Shown here: piece after piece, positions 31,239-40,249 of the stretch
How the letters are laid out: each line of letters opens with the position of its first letter
Position numbering within the stretch: the first letter of the stretch is position 1
The notes under the pieces: generated by a model
Seen by the model: the letters and a program-made list of their open reading frames with translations, nothing else
The model's database searches: none
What the model was told of the DNA's origin: nothing
Source: an uncultured Armatimonadetes bacterium
GTDB lineage: Bacteria > Armatimonadota > UBA5829 > DTJY01
DNA: 64,000 bases
Assembly (NCBI GenBank): GCA_963717145.1
Contig: OY970325.1
Coordinates: 2,176,001-2,240,000, forward strand
Reading direction: 5' to 3'
Position numbers and translations under genes: made by a program

Positions 31239-32966
31239 CTAGTCTAGGTAGAACGCGTAGAGGCGGACCTTTTCCGCGCCCCAGGTGGAGTCGACGGTGA
31301 TGCGGACGCCGGTCGCGGGAGTGCCGATGCTGATCCGCACGAACCGCTGGTGGTTGCCCCTGACCTTCTTCCAGAGCCGCCACCCGTCGGGCGTCTCGAT
31401 CTCGACGCGGAACTCCTTGACCAGTTCCGCGGGCGGATGGGTAAGCTGGCTGTCCTTCTGATGGTAGCTCATCTGGATGATCTTGGCGAGCGCGCTGTCG
31501 AAGATGAACGTCGCGCTCGATACCACCTGCGCTCCGTCCCACGCGTACTCGATGGTATCGCCGATCTTGCCGTCCCAGGCGTGCTGGTCGTCCTTGACCG
31601 GGCGGTTGATCCCGTCACGGAGCGGCTCGGGATCGCCGGAAGTCGCGGTGAGCCTCGCCTTGAGCGTCAGGTCCGAGAACTCCTGCTTCACCCAGGGCAG
31701 ATACGCGTCCTGGCGAAGGAGGGACTGCTGCATCTCGTGCACGCGCTTCTTCCCGACCTCGCGAGGCGTCAGGCCCTCCCTGACCGCAATCGCCGCCGCC
31801 GTCCCGACCGCATGGCCCATGGAGCATCCCGTGCCCTGGAGGCGAGTCGAACTCATGGCGGCATGGGAGGCGCTGATGCATCGGCCGGCGAACATCAGGT
31901 TCTCGATGTCCCTGGAGTACAAGCAGCGGTACGAGATCCCAAAGGGCGATGGGGCGGGGTGGAAGATCGTCGGTTTGCCCTTCCATCTGAACCCGCCGGG
32001 ATGGTGGTCGTCCATCGTCCATCCGCCGTATGCCACCAGGTCCGGGAAGCGCCCCTCGGCCTCGACGTCGTTCTGAGTCAGCACGTGGTCGCCGATATAT
32101 CGCACGCTCTCCCGCTTGCCCGGCACGAACTGGATCCAGTCGATCGCCCAGTTCTCCGCGCCGTGATCGCCATGGTTCTTGAGATGGTCCCACATTCCGT
32201 AGACGATCTTCAGAAGCTCGTCCCGTATCTCCTCGGAATCATGGATGCTGTCATCCTCGCCGCCGAGTTCGAGCCACCAGTAGCCCATCTCGAGCCAGCG
32301 GTGGTTGCGGAAGGGGAGGTCCTCCTCGGTCGGGAAGTCGTATGCCCACGAGGGCGGCTCGAACGGCTGGGGCGTGCCCATGTTCTTTGCCTGGAAGAGG
32401 ACCGTCATGCCCATCGTCTTGTTGTCCGCGACCTCGGGCTCGATCGACTCGTTGTACTCGCTCCGGGCTTCGCGTCCGATGCGGTACTTCGCGCCGCTCA
32501 ATGGAGCGAGGATGGCATCGCCCGAGCAGTCGGCGAAGACCTTCGCCTCGATGGTGTGCCAGGTGTAGGTGGAAAGCTGCCAGCCGGTGATCGACTTGAT
32601 GAGGTCTCCATCCATCTCGGCGTCGGTGCAGGCGCAGTTCAGGAAATGGGTGATGTTCGGCTCGAGCATCACCTTCTCGTAGATCACCGTGTCCCAGATA
32701 TAGAAGCTTTTCTGCGGGTTGCGGTGGAGGTTTTCGAGCCTGATCTCCTCCAGGATGCCGGTCTCCCGCATGTTGGGGATCTGCCCGTGCCGATCTGCGC
32801 CGCAGACATGGACCCTGCACTCGCTCGATGCATTGCCGCCGAACATCGGCCGGTTCTGCACGATGGCGACCTTCGCGCCCTCCCGAGCGGCGGCGATGGC
32901 GGCGCACACACCTGCCATCCCTCCACCCACAACACAGAAATCAAACTTGTGTGACAATCTCTTCAT
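31239..32966 (-). CDS. FAD-dependent oxidoreductase
   Basis: VVGGGMAGVCAA, GGNASSE, ADCSGD. SD gggagg before ATG at 32966. Confidence 0.88.
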   Translation of the reverse strand: MKRLSHKFDFCVVGGGMAGVCAAIAAAREGAKVAIVQNRPMFGGNASSECRVHVCGADRHGQIPNMRETGILEEIRLENLHRNPQKSFYIWDTVIYEKVMLEPNITHFLNCACTDAEMDGDLIKSITGWQLSTYTWHTIEAKVFADCSGDAILAPLSGAKYRIGREARSEYNESIEPEVADNKTMGMTVLFQAKNMGTPQPFEPPSWAYDFPTEEDLPFRNHRWLEMGYWWLELGGEDDSIHDSEEIRDELLKIVYGMWDHLKNHGDHGAENWAIDWIQFVPGKRESVRYIGDHVLTQNDVEAEGRFPDLVAYGGWTMDDHHPGGFRWKGKPTIFHPAPSPFGISYRCLYSRDIENLMFAGRCISASHAAMSSTRLQGTGCSMGHAVGTAAAIAVREGLTPREVGKKRVHEMQQSLLRQDAYLPWVKQEFSDLTLKARLTATSGDPEPLRDGINRPVKDDQHAWDGKIGDTIEYAWDGAQVVSSATFIFDSALAKIIQMSYHQKDSQLTHPPAELVKEFRVEIETPDGWRLWKKVRGNHQRFVRISIGTPATGVRITVDSTWGAEKVRLYAFYLD

Positions 32967-32991
32967 TGCTGACCTCCCGCCTACACCTTGA

Positions 32992-33020
32992 AGTATATAC
33001 GGCTGCTTGCACGAGGTCAA
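32992..33020 (-). promoter_or_regulatory. Sigma70 promoter whose -35 box lies in the IS target duplication
   Basis: TTGACC (33015-33020)-N17-TATACT (32992-32997) on the minus strand. Confidence 0.7.
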
Positions 33021-33021
33021 G

Positions 33022-34488
33022 GTAACAGTTCACGCTTGGGGATAACGAGTTTGATCAGGCAGGGAAGAGGACAGACTTGCCTGCGAGCAGTTGCCTGCAT
33101 GATTCGAGCATGTCCAGACCCCTGACGTGCCATGTGCCAAACAGACTCATGAGCGTCATCTTTGTCTCGGAACCCTTCGCGCTTCGTGTGCCTCCGCATA
33201 CCTTGCGGGCGATCACACACGGCCTCAGCGCTCGTTCTGCGCCATTGTTGTCCGACGGTACTTCCGGGTACTCTACGAACATGAACAACTCGTGCAAGCG
33301 ATCTATGAATCTCTTTGCCAGCGTCTGCTGTGGAGCATCTGAGCCGACATACGGACCTGAGAGCGCCTCTACCTCTTCCTCGAAGAGTACTCGCTTCCAC
33401 TTGCGAACCTCCGCCTTCTTGCTCCGGAACTCCTTTGCCCGATCGTAAACACCCTTCACCGCATCCGCCCATGCGATGACGCCCGTGTCGTCCGCGTTCC
33501 TCTCCTTCAGTTTGTGCAGATCCCTGGCCAGATGTGCCCAGCATATCTGGCGGTCTGCAACTACCGGGTTGTATCCGGCATAGCAATCCGTTACCACTAC
33601 CCCTTCGTAGTCGCCGCCTATCGTTTCCTTCGGGATCTCTCCACTCCGACTCCGCCGGTAGATGAAGTATCGCACGTTCTTAGTGGAGAAGGTCCAGATG
33701 TATCCGTTCAGCCCATCCTCTCTCCAGCCCGTCTCGTCTGCGTTTATGTATGGGCTTCCACGTACAAGCGAGAGTAGCCGCTCTTTCTCTTTTTTGCCAC
33801 AGTCTGCCACCGTGTGCAATATCTCGCTTATCTCTCCCACAGAGAGCTGAAGACCATACAGAGCCTTCAGCAATCCCTGTATCGTCCGCTTTGTCATGCG
33901 ACCTACCGTCGAAAGATACGATATCAGGCTCATCAGGTTCACGCCTACCCGATGCTTGCCTACAACCTGGCCGGAAAGGTCAACCTTCGGCACATGACTC
34001 TTGCCACAGTATCCGCATCTTCTGGCGATGAACCTGTGCTCGACTACGTCCACAGGCACGATGGGGATGTCGATGACTTGGCGGAGTCTCTTTACCGTGC
34101 CCCCTGTGAGCGCTCGGCCGCAGTCCGGACACTTCGAGTGCGCGTGCTCGACTACACGGGTGGGTGTCTCCCGCCTGCGCACGAACGACTTCTTGCGCTT
34201 CTTTCGTTCAGCTGCCCGGCGCTCTTTGCGGTTCGGCTTCACCCAGTCAGGCACGGATGGGGAACTGCCATCACCGCCGGAAAGCCTGGCGCGAAGGTCT
34301 TCGTTCTCCTTCTCCAGGTCGCCGATACGCGCCACGAGTTGGGGAACTAGACCTTCCAACTGGCTGACCCTGGCCTCAAGCTCCTCGTATGTCGGCTTGG
34401 ATTGCTCGCTCACACTCCTTGGTTCGAGACGCTCCCAGCAGGTTCCTTCTTCTTACAGACAAAATAATCCCTAAGCCTGAACTGTTAC
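33022..34488 (-). mobile_element. IS66-family insertion sequence, single-ORF (ISBst12-like), copy A
   Basis: Terminal IRs gtaacagttca...tgaactgttac, flanked by 8-bp AGGTCAAG at 33014-33021 and 34489-34496. Confidence 0.93.
33055..34413 (-). CDS. IS66-family DDE transposase
   Basis: Coiled coil, CPDCG...CGYCG zinc finger, NADETGW, QICWAHL, DNNGAERALR. Confidence 0.95.
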   Translation of the reverse strand: MSEQSKPTYEELEARVSQLEGLVPQLVARIGDLEKENEDLRARLSGGDGSSPSVPDWVKPNRKERRAAERKKRKKSFVRRRETPTRVVEHAHSKCPDCGRALTGGTVKRLRQVIDIPIVPVDVVEHRFIARRCGYCGKSHVPKVDLSGQVVGKHRVGVNLMSLISYLSTVGRMTKRTIQGLLKALYGLQLSVGEISEILHTVADCGKKEKERLLSLVRGSPYINADETGWREDGLNGYIWTFSTKNVRYFIYRRSRSGEIPKETIGGDYEGVVVTDCYAGYNPVVADRQICWAHLARDLHKLKERNADDTGVIAWADAVKGVYDRAKEFRSKKAEVRKWKRVLFEEEVEALSGPYVGSDAPQQTLAKRFIDRLHELFMFVEYPEVPSDNNGAERALRPCVIARKVCGGTRSAKGSETKMTLMSLFGTWHVRGLDMLESCRQLLAGKSVLFPA

Positions 34489-34496
34489 AGGTCAAG

Positions 34497-35972
34497 GTAA
34501 CAGTTCACGCTTGGGGATAACGAGTTTGATCAGGCGGGGAAGAGGACAGACTTGCCTGCGAGCAGTTGCCTGCAGGACTCGAGCATGTCCAGCCCTCGGA
34601 CGTGCCATGTGCCAAACAGACTCATGAGCGTCATCTTTGTCTCGGAACCCTTCGCGCTTCGTGTGCCTCCGCATACCTTGCGGGCGATCACACACGGCCT
34701 CAGCGCTCGTTCTGCGCCATTGTTGTCCGACGGTACTTCCGGGTACTCTACGAACATGAACAACTCATGCAAGCGATCCGTCAATCTCTTTGCCAGCACC
34801 TGCTGTGGAACCTCTAAGCCGACATACGGACCTGAGAGCGTCTCTACCTCTTCCTCGAAGAGCACTCGCTTCCACTTGCGAACCTCCGCCTTCTTGCTCC
34901 GGAACTTCTTTGCCTGATCGTAAACACCCTTCACCGCATCCGCCCATGATATGACGTCCGGGTTATCGGCGTTCTTCTCCTTCAGTTTGTGCAGTTCCCT
35001 GGCCAGATGTGCCCAGCATATCTGACGGTCTGCAACTACGGGGTTGTATCCGGCGTAGCAATCCGTTACCACCACCCCTTCGTAGTCGCCGCCTATCGTT
35101 TCCTTAGGTATCTCTCCGCTCCGACTCCGCCGGTAGATGAAGTATCGCACGTTCTTAGTGGAGAAGGTCCAGATGTATCCGTTGAGCCCGTCCTCTCTCC
35201 AGCCCGTCTCGTCTGCGTTTATGTATGGACTTCCGCGTACAAGCGATAGAAGTCCCTTCATCTCGCCTCTGCCACAGCCTGCCACCGTGTGCAATATCTC
35301 GCTTATCTCTCCCACAGAGAGATGAAGACGATACAGAGCCTTCAGCAACCCCTGTATCGTTCGCTTTGTCATACGGCCTACTGTCGAAAGATACGATATC
35401 AGGCTCATCAGGTTCACGCCTACTCGATGCTTGCCTACAACCTGGCTCGACAGGTCAACCTTCGGCACATGCGCCTTGCCACAGTATCCGCATCTTCTGG
35501 CGATGAATCTGTGCTCGACTATGTCCACAGGCACGATCGGTATATCAATAACCTGGCGGACTCTCTTTACCGTGCCCTCCGTGAGTGCCCGACCGCAGTC
35601 CGGACACTTCGAGTGCGCATGCTCGACTACACGGGTGGGGGTCTCCCGCCTGCGAACGAACGACTTCTGGCGCTTCTTTCGTTCGGCTGCCCGGCGCTCT
35701 TTGCGGTTCGGCTTGACCCAGTCAGGTATGGGGGTGGAACTGCCGCCACCCGAGAGCTTTGCCTTGAGATCCTCCAGTTCCTTGACGAGACGCTGGATCA
35801 TCTCCCGCTGCTCCAGGACAATGCCCACCAATTCTTCTCTTGTCAGACCGTCGAACTCTTCCACACAGGCATGTTCCACCCGCCCGGCCAAGGGTCCTTC
35901 CTATTGCAAGCCGACAATGTCGGAAAAACTCTCACTGCTCTCGCAAAATGATCCACAAGCCTGAACTGTTAC
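34497..35972 (-). mobile_element. IS66-family insertion sequence, single-ORF, copy B (diverged from A)
   Basis: Same terminal IRs, AGGTCAAG at 34489-34496 and 35973-35980. Confidence 0.93.
34530..35891 (-). CDS. IS66-family DDE transposase
   Basis: Same motifs as copy A, different N-terminal ~45 aa. Confidence 0.95.
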   Translation of the reverse strand: MAGRVEHACVEEFDGLTREELVGIVLEQREMIQRLVKELEDLKAKLSGGGSSTPIPDWVKPNRKERRAAERKKRQKSFVRRRETPTRVVEHAHSKCPDCGRALTEGTVKRVRQVIDIPIVPVDIVEHRFIARRCGYCGKAHVPKVDLSSQVVGKHRVGVNLMSLISYLSTVGRMTKRTIQGLLKALYRLHLSVGEISEILHTVAGCGRGEMKGLLSLVRGSPYINADETGWREDGLNGYIWTFSTKNVRYFIYRRSRSGEIPKETIGGDYEGVVVTDCYAGYNPVVADRQICWAHLARELHKLKEKNADNPDVISWADAVKGVYDQAKKFRSKKAEVRKWKRVLFEEEVETLSGPYVGLEVPQQVLAKRLTDRLHELFMFVEYPEVPSDNNGAERALRPCVIARKVCGGTRSAKGSETKMTLMSLFGTWHVRGLDMLESCRQLLAGKSVLFPA

Positions 35973-35987
35973 AGGTCAAGGCGCAAA

Positions 35988-36021
35988 CAAAACAGCACAG
36001 GCATCTGCCTGTGCTGTTTTG
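35988..36021 (-). terminator. Rho-independent terminator-like hairpin downstream of sod
   Basis: caaaacagcacaggca-tc-tgcctgtgctgttttg. Confidence 0.6.
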
Positions 36022-36096
36022 GATCACCGTAGTCGGTGTTTCGGAATTTGAGTGAGTCTGTGAACGGAAATCCCGAAACACCGAACTGCTTACCGT

Positions 36097-36696
36097 TCAC
36101 TTCTTGACCCACCCGTACATCTCGGCGACCGAGTCCCAGTTCACGAGGTTGTCCATGAACGCCTTGGTCCAGTCCGGTCGCTTGTTCTGGTACTGGAGGT
36201 AGTACGCATGCTCCCAGACATCGAGGACGAGGAGCGGCTTGGCGCCCCACTGAGTCCGGTCCTCATGGTTCTCCGCGCCAAGGACGACGAGTGCATCATC
36301 CTTGTAGCGGTAGGCCAATACGCCCCATCCTGAGCCCTGGATTGCGTTTGATGTTGCGAGGAACAGGCCCTTGAAAGCATCGAAGCTGCCGAAGCTCTTG
36401 TTGATCGCCTCGGCCAACTCGCCGGAGGGTGCTCCTCCTCCTCCGGGCTTCATATCCTTCCAAAACATCGAGTGGAGCAGATGGCCCGATCCGTGGAACG
36501 CCAGATCCTTCGCGAGTGAGTTCGCGGCGGCGAAGTCGCCGGACTTGAGCGCGGCCTGGACCTTCTCCTCGGCGGCATTGAGTCCCGTCACATAGGCGGC
36601 ATGATGCTTGTCGTGGTGCAGGTGGAGCGTCTCCTCGCTCAGGTACGGTTCGAGGGCATTGTACTCGTAGGGAAGCGGTGGCAGTTCGTGCGCCAT
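36097..36696 (-). CDS. sodA: Fe/Mn superoxide dismutase
   Basis: LPPLPYEYNALEP, HHDKHH, DVWEHAYY. Metal specificity not determined. Confidence 0.93.
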   Translation of the reverse strand: MAHELPPLPYEYNALEPYLSEETLHLHHDKHHAAYVTGLNAAEEKVQAALKSGDFAAANSLAKDLAFHGSGHLLHSMFWKDMKPGGGGAPSGELAEAINKSFGSFDAFKGLFLATSNAIQGSGWGVLAYRYKDDALVVLGAENHEDRTQWGAKPLLVLDVWEHAYYLQYQNKRPDWTKAFMDNLVNWDSVAEMYGWVKK

Positions 36697-36729
36697 GGCG
36701 GATCCTCCTTGGGAACGTTATGCTTGCTT

Positions 36730-36755
36730 ATACCGCCAACTCTTCCGTATCAAAC
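36730..36755 (-). promoter_or_regulatory. SigB-like promoter of sod
   Basis: GTTTGA-N14-CGGTAT on the minus strand. Confidence 0.4.
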
Positions 36756-36770
36756 CACGGACAAAAGGAG

Positions 36771-36799
36771 TTGACAAATCCGGGAAACTTGGGTAAGAT
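36771..36799 (+). promoter_or_regulatory. Sigma70 promoter of the RHH gene
   Basis: TTGACA-N17-TAAGAT. Confidence 0.6.
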
Positions 36800-36831
36800 A
36801 TATGCAGTATTTAGTTAAGGAGTGGTCTGCC

Positions 36832-37071
36832 ATGAGTGCCAAGGTCATCAACATATCGCTTCCCGAGGATCTTCTTCGCGAGATCGATGAGGCAGCACGT
36901 TCCGACAGCCGAACGAGGAGCGAGTTCTTCCGTGAAGCGGCACGAATCTACATGGAGAGCCGTCGTTGGCGGAGGATCCGCAGTTGGGGCTCGAAGACCG
37001 CACAGGAACTCGGACTGACCGAGGACGACATTGAGCGGATAGTTCACGAGTACCGCAAAGGCGGGGTCTGA
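36832..37071 (+). CDS. CopG/ribbon-helix-helix protein, antitoxin-like
   Basis: VINISLPEDLLREIDEAA...RTRSEFFREA, SD aaggag. Confidence 0.85.
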   Translation: MSAKVINISLPEDLLREIDEAARSDSRTRSEFFREAARIYMESRRWRRIRSWGSKTAQELGLTEDDIERIVHEYRKGGV

Positions 37072-37106
37072 AATGCATTCCCTTGGCGTTCTTGGCGTCT
37101 TGGCGG

Positions 37107-37994
37107 TTAGGCCCGGGGGTGCGATTCGCGGTAGACTTCCTTGAGGTGCTCGCGGGAGACGTGGGTGTAGATCTGCGTGGTGGCGATGTCCGCGTGGCCG
37201 AGCATCTCCTGGATCGAGCGGAGGTCCGCGCCGCCCTGCAGCAGGTGGGTCGCGAATGAGTGCCTCAGCGTATGTGGAGTGATGTTCCTGGTGATCCCTG
37301 CCCTGGCGGCATGCCTCTTGATGAGCTTCCAGAAGCCGACCCTCGACATCTTCCGCCCGCGGATCGTCAGGAACAGATACTCCGAGCTTCCCGATCGAGC
37401 ATATGCCGGCCTCGACTCCGCCATGTACCGCTCCACGTAACCAATCGCGACCTTCCCGAGCGGGACAATGCGCTCCTTCGATCCCTTCCCGAAGCATCGC
37501 AGGAAGCCGACCGAGAGGTTCAGATCGCTCAGCCGTAGGTTGATCAGCTCTGAGACGCGGAGACCCGAGGCATAGAGCGTCTCAAGCATCGCCTTGTCGC
37601 GAAGGCCGCCTTCCGTGCTCATGTCCGGCTGGTTCAGGAGCGCGGCGACCTCCTCCACATTGAGCACGCTGGGCAGCCTCTTCGCGCCCTTCATGCCTTC
37701 GATATCTGCCGTGAAGTCGGTATCGCTGAACCCCTCGCGGCAGGAGAACTTGCAGAACGTCTTGATCGCCGAGAGCTTCCGGCTGATGCTGTTCGGGGAC
37801 ATCGCCGCCTCACGCAGGCCGTAGAGGAACCCCTCGACGGTGCGCTCCGTGACCTCGCCGACCGACGATGCGCCGTGCTCGCCCGCATAGGTCGCGAACT
37901 GGGCGAGGTCGTGCGCATAGGCGGCCACCGTGTTGGATGACAGCCCTCGCTCGACGGTCAGATAGTCGATGAATGCCTGGATAGTCTCATCCAC
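37107..37994 (-). CDS. xerD: Site-specific tyrosine recombinase XerD
   Basis: LYASGLRVSEL, GKGSKERIVP, TPHTLRHSFATHLL, LGHADIATTQIYTHV. GTG start overlaps the upstream stop. Confidence 0.9.
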   Translation of the reverse strand: MDETIQAFIDYLTVERGLSSNTVAAYAHDLAQFATYAGEHGASSVGEVTERTVEGFLYGLREAAMSPNSISRKLSAIKTFCKFSCREGFSDTDFTADIEGMKGAKRLPSVLNVEEVAALLNQPDMSTEGGLRDKAMLETLYASGLRVSELINLRLSDLNLSVGFLRCFGKGSKERIVPLGKVAIGYVERYMAESRPAYARSGSSEYLFLTIRGRKMSRVGFWKLIKRHAARAGITRNITPHTLRHSFATHLLQGGADLRSIQEMLGHADIATTQIYTHVSREHLKEVYRESHPRA

Positions 37995-39696
37995 CGGCCG
38001 GCACGCTCCTTGCGAAGATGAGAATGTCCGGGCTAGCGTAGGACATGTCGTGAGGCAGGTCCCACTGCATCGGGAATCGGACGCCGAACAGCTCGGGCCT
38101 GCGGACGAACTGCTTCTCGATGCGATAGTCGCGCTTGAGAACCGCCATGTACCTCTCATAGTCGGGATCGTGAAGCCGCTTCCGATCCACGTACTCGAAC
38201 TCGGACAAGATGGCGTAGTCGGGCGCGGCCTGCTCGAAGAACTCGGCATTCCACTCCTTCCGTCCATCGACCGCGAAGATGTAGCCGGTCGATTCTTCCG
38301 CAGACGCCAGCCGGTCCATGGGGTCCACGCTCCCGAAGTCCGGGAGCAGTGGAGGCGTGTAGAACCAGGGCGTCGTCGGGAGCCCGATGGAGCTTCCGTC
38401 GGGCGTGTTCGACTTCACCCATGCCGCCGCCTGGTCGCGCGTGTCCTGTCGGACGAACAACGTGTCCAGGGACGCTGCATAAGCCGCTGTGTACCCGATC
38501 GCGAGCGCGGCGACCAAGCCGATGATGACTCCCGCCGCCTTCCCTCTCTCGCCACATTCAACCACAATCCTGGCGCCGAGGAGCAAGATCACCGGCAGCA
38601 GAGGAATGACGTATCGGGCAAAGCGCACCTCCGCGAGTCCGATCAGCACGTAGTATGCGGCGACAAAGACGATCAGCATCCAGTCCCGCGCGCCGGTCTC
38701 AGACATCGGCGTTTGGACCCGCCATGAAAGCAGCAACCGGGCGATCCCATTTCCCGTCGACCGCCTGAAGAGCGCATGGAGCACCCCGAGGATTCCGAGG
38801 ACCAGCAGCGCCGGACCGAGTCCCGGCAGGAGTGAGTGCATCAGGTGATAGAGAAACCCCGATCCCGTCCCGGTGAAGACCAACCCGTGGCCCGTGTCGA
38901 CATGAAGCACCTCGAACCTGAAGTCACGGACGAACGCCTGGGTGTTGATCAGCGCGCCCGGGCATCCGATCAGGAATCCCGCGATGGCGGACCCGATGCC
39001 TGAGAGCAACTTCGGCTGGAATGCCTGAAACATCGGCCTCCCCTGTGCGCTCGCAAGGTGGACTGCAATCAGTGACAGCAGGACGAGCCCGGCGTTGTAC
39101 TTCGTCGCCGCCGCGAAACCGGCGAACAACCCGGCGAGGATGTAGTTCCTCCACCGGCTGTCTTCAGGGATCCGGGCCGCATAGAGGAGCGATAGGACCA
39201 GGAAGAACGTCGCCGGCACATCGACGGCCATGAACTTCGAGTGCATGGCGTGGAGTGGAGCAATCGCCAATAATGCCGCCGCCAGCAGCCCGACACGCCT
39301 GCCGTACATACGCCGTCCGAGCGCGTACAGCAGGTAGACGGTCAGGATACCGAGTGCGACCGCGATGATCCGTCCCGTCATGTAGACCTTGGCGAACTCG
39401 TTGATGTGCGCCATCAGATCGCCGCTGAGGTCGATCGCACCGGCCATCATTGCCACGTTGATGCCGATATTCACGAGGTAGATGTACAGCGAGCCGTAGT
39501 TGTAGAAGCCGGGATCGAACTGCCCGCTGAGGATGTCCACGTTGGTCGCGGCGTTGAGGACGAGAGTCTCGTCGGGGTGGTACGAAAAGAAGTGCGAGAT
39601 GGTCGGCAGTCCCCAATGGAGACCCCAGATACGGAGTCCCGCTGCGACCGCCAGGATGATCAGTATGAATGCGAGCGTGCTACCTGATCTTCTCAA
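37987..39696 (-). CDS. GT-C fold (ArnT/PMT, GT39-like) membrane glycosyltransferase
   Basis: YHPDE motif, many TM helices, AAATKYNAG. Confidence 0.85.
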   Translation of the reverse strand: MRRSGSTLAFILIILAVAAGLRIWGLHWGLPTISHFFSYHPDETLVLNAATNVDILSGQFDPGFYNYGSLYIYLVNIGINVAMMAGAIDLSGDLMAHINEFAKVYMTGRIIAVALGILTVYLLYALGRRMYGRRVGLLAAALLAIAPLHAMHSKFMAVDVPATFFLVLSLLYAARIPEDSRWRNYILAGLFAGFAAATKYNAGLVLLSLIAVHLASAQGRPMFQAFQPKLLSGIGSAIAGFLIGCPGALINTQAFVRDFRFEVLHVDTGHGLVFTGTGSGFLYHLMHSLLPGLGPALLVLGILGVLHALFRRSTGNGIARLLLSWRVQTPMSETGARDWMLIVFVAAYYVLIGLAEVRFARYVIPLLPVILLLGARIVVECGERGKAAGVIIGLVAALAIGYTAAYAASLDTLFVRQDTRDQAAAWVKSNTPDGSSIGLPTTPWFYTPPLLPDFGSVDPMDRLASAEESTGYIFAVDGRKEWNAEFFEQAAPDYAILSEFEYVDRKRLHDPDYERYMAVLKRDYRIEKQFVRRPELFGVRFPMQWDLPHDMSYASPDILIFARSVPAGG

Positions 39697-40249
39697 CCTG
39701 CGCTCCCGGAGATGGCATGCACATATACCTCTGGATCAGCAGGAATATCCCGATCGCGAGCAGGACGTCCCCGATGCTGAGGACCGTGGTAAGTCTCGGA
39801 ATCGCGATGGGAATAATATCCGTCAAGGGTTTCAGCCGTGTTTCCGGCGTCATTATAGCATGACGGGCAGCATCTATGCGCTCGAGGTAGTCCAGCATCC
39901 CGGCAGTCTTCGCCGCCCATCGGCTTACGGGCATCGTTCCGCCGTTCACCGTGAGCGCCAGGAAGTTGAGGAACGAGCCGATGCCCAGGAGTTTCATCTC
40001 GCGAATGTGCAGATTGACGGCGATCACCCCGAGAAGCACAACGTACAGAAGGACGTTCAGAGTGCGCACCACCGTTCGGATGAGATCCTCATTGTGAGTA
40101 CGGTAAGTCAGGATCGTCGCGGCGGCGAAGAATATCAACGGGATGGCGAACACATAGGCGCCGCGGAAGGGGATGCGGCCCAGGTTGGCCAGTCTGCCCT
40201 TCCTGACAAGCCCCACGATAACGGCGAGCAGCGCAGCCTCAACGTTCAT
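39680..40249 (-). CDS. DUF5317-family membrane protein (signal peptidase II-like motifs)
   Basis: GLVRKGRLANL, NFLALTVNGGTMPV, LTDII, SIGDVLL. Confidence 0.75.
   Translation of the reverse strand: MNVEAALLAVIVGLVRKGRLANLGRIPFRGAYVFAIPLIFFAAATILTYRTHNEDLIRTVVRTLNVLLYVVLLGVIAVNLHIREMKLLGIGSFLNFLALTVNGGTMPVSRWAAKTAGMLDYLERIDAARHAIMTPETRLKPLTDIIPIAIPRLTTVLSIGDVLLAIGIFLLIQRYMCMPSPGAQVEKIR

Noticed and set aside
33022-35972. Composite transposon or assembly-collapsed duplication
   Set aside because: Only the 8-bp target separates the copies (no cargo), and they differ in sequence.
37107-37994. Prophage or island integrase
   Set aside because: The sequence looks like chromosomal XerD and overlaps a host gene. 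No phage genes, tRNA or att repeats were seen.
38690-38770. Possible third in-frame insertion (TGNGIARLLLSWRVQTPMSETGA) in the GT-C glycosyltransferase
   Set aside because: It is not palindromic and matches no repeat in the window. It cannot be supported without an alignment.
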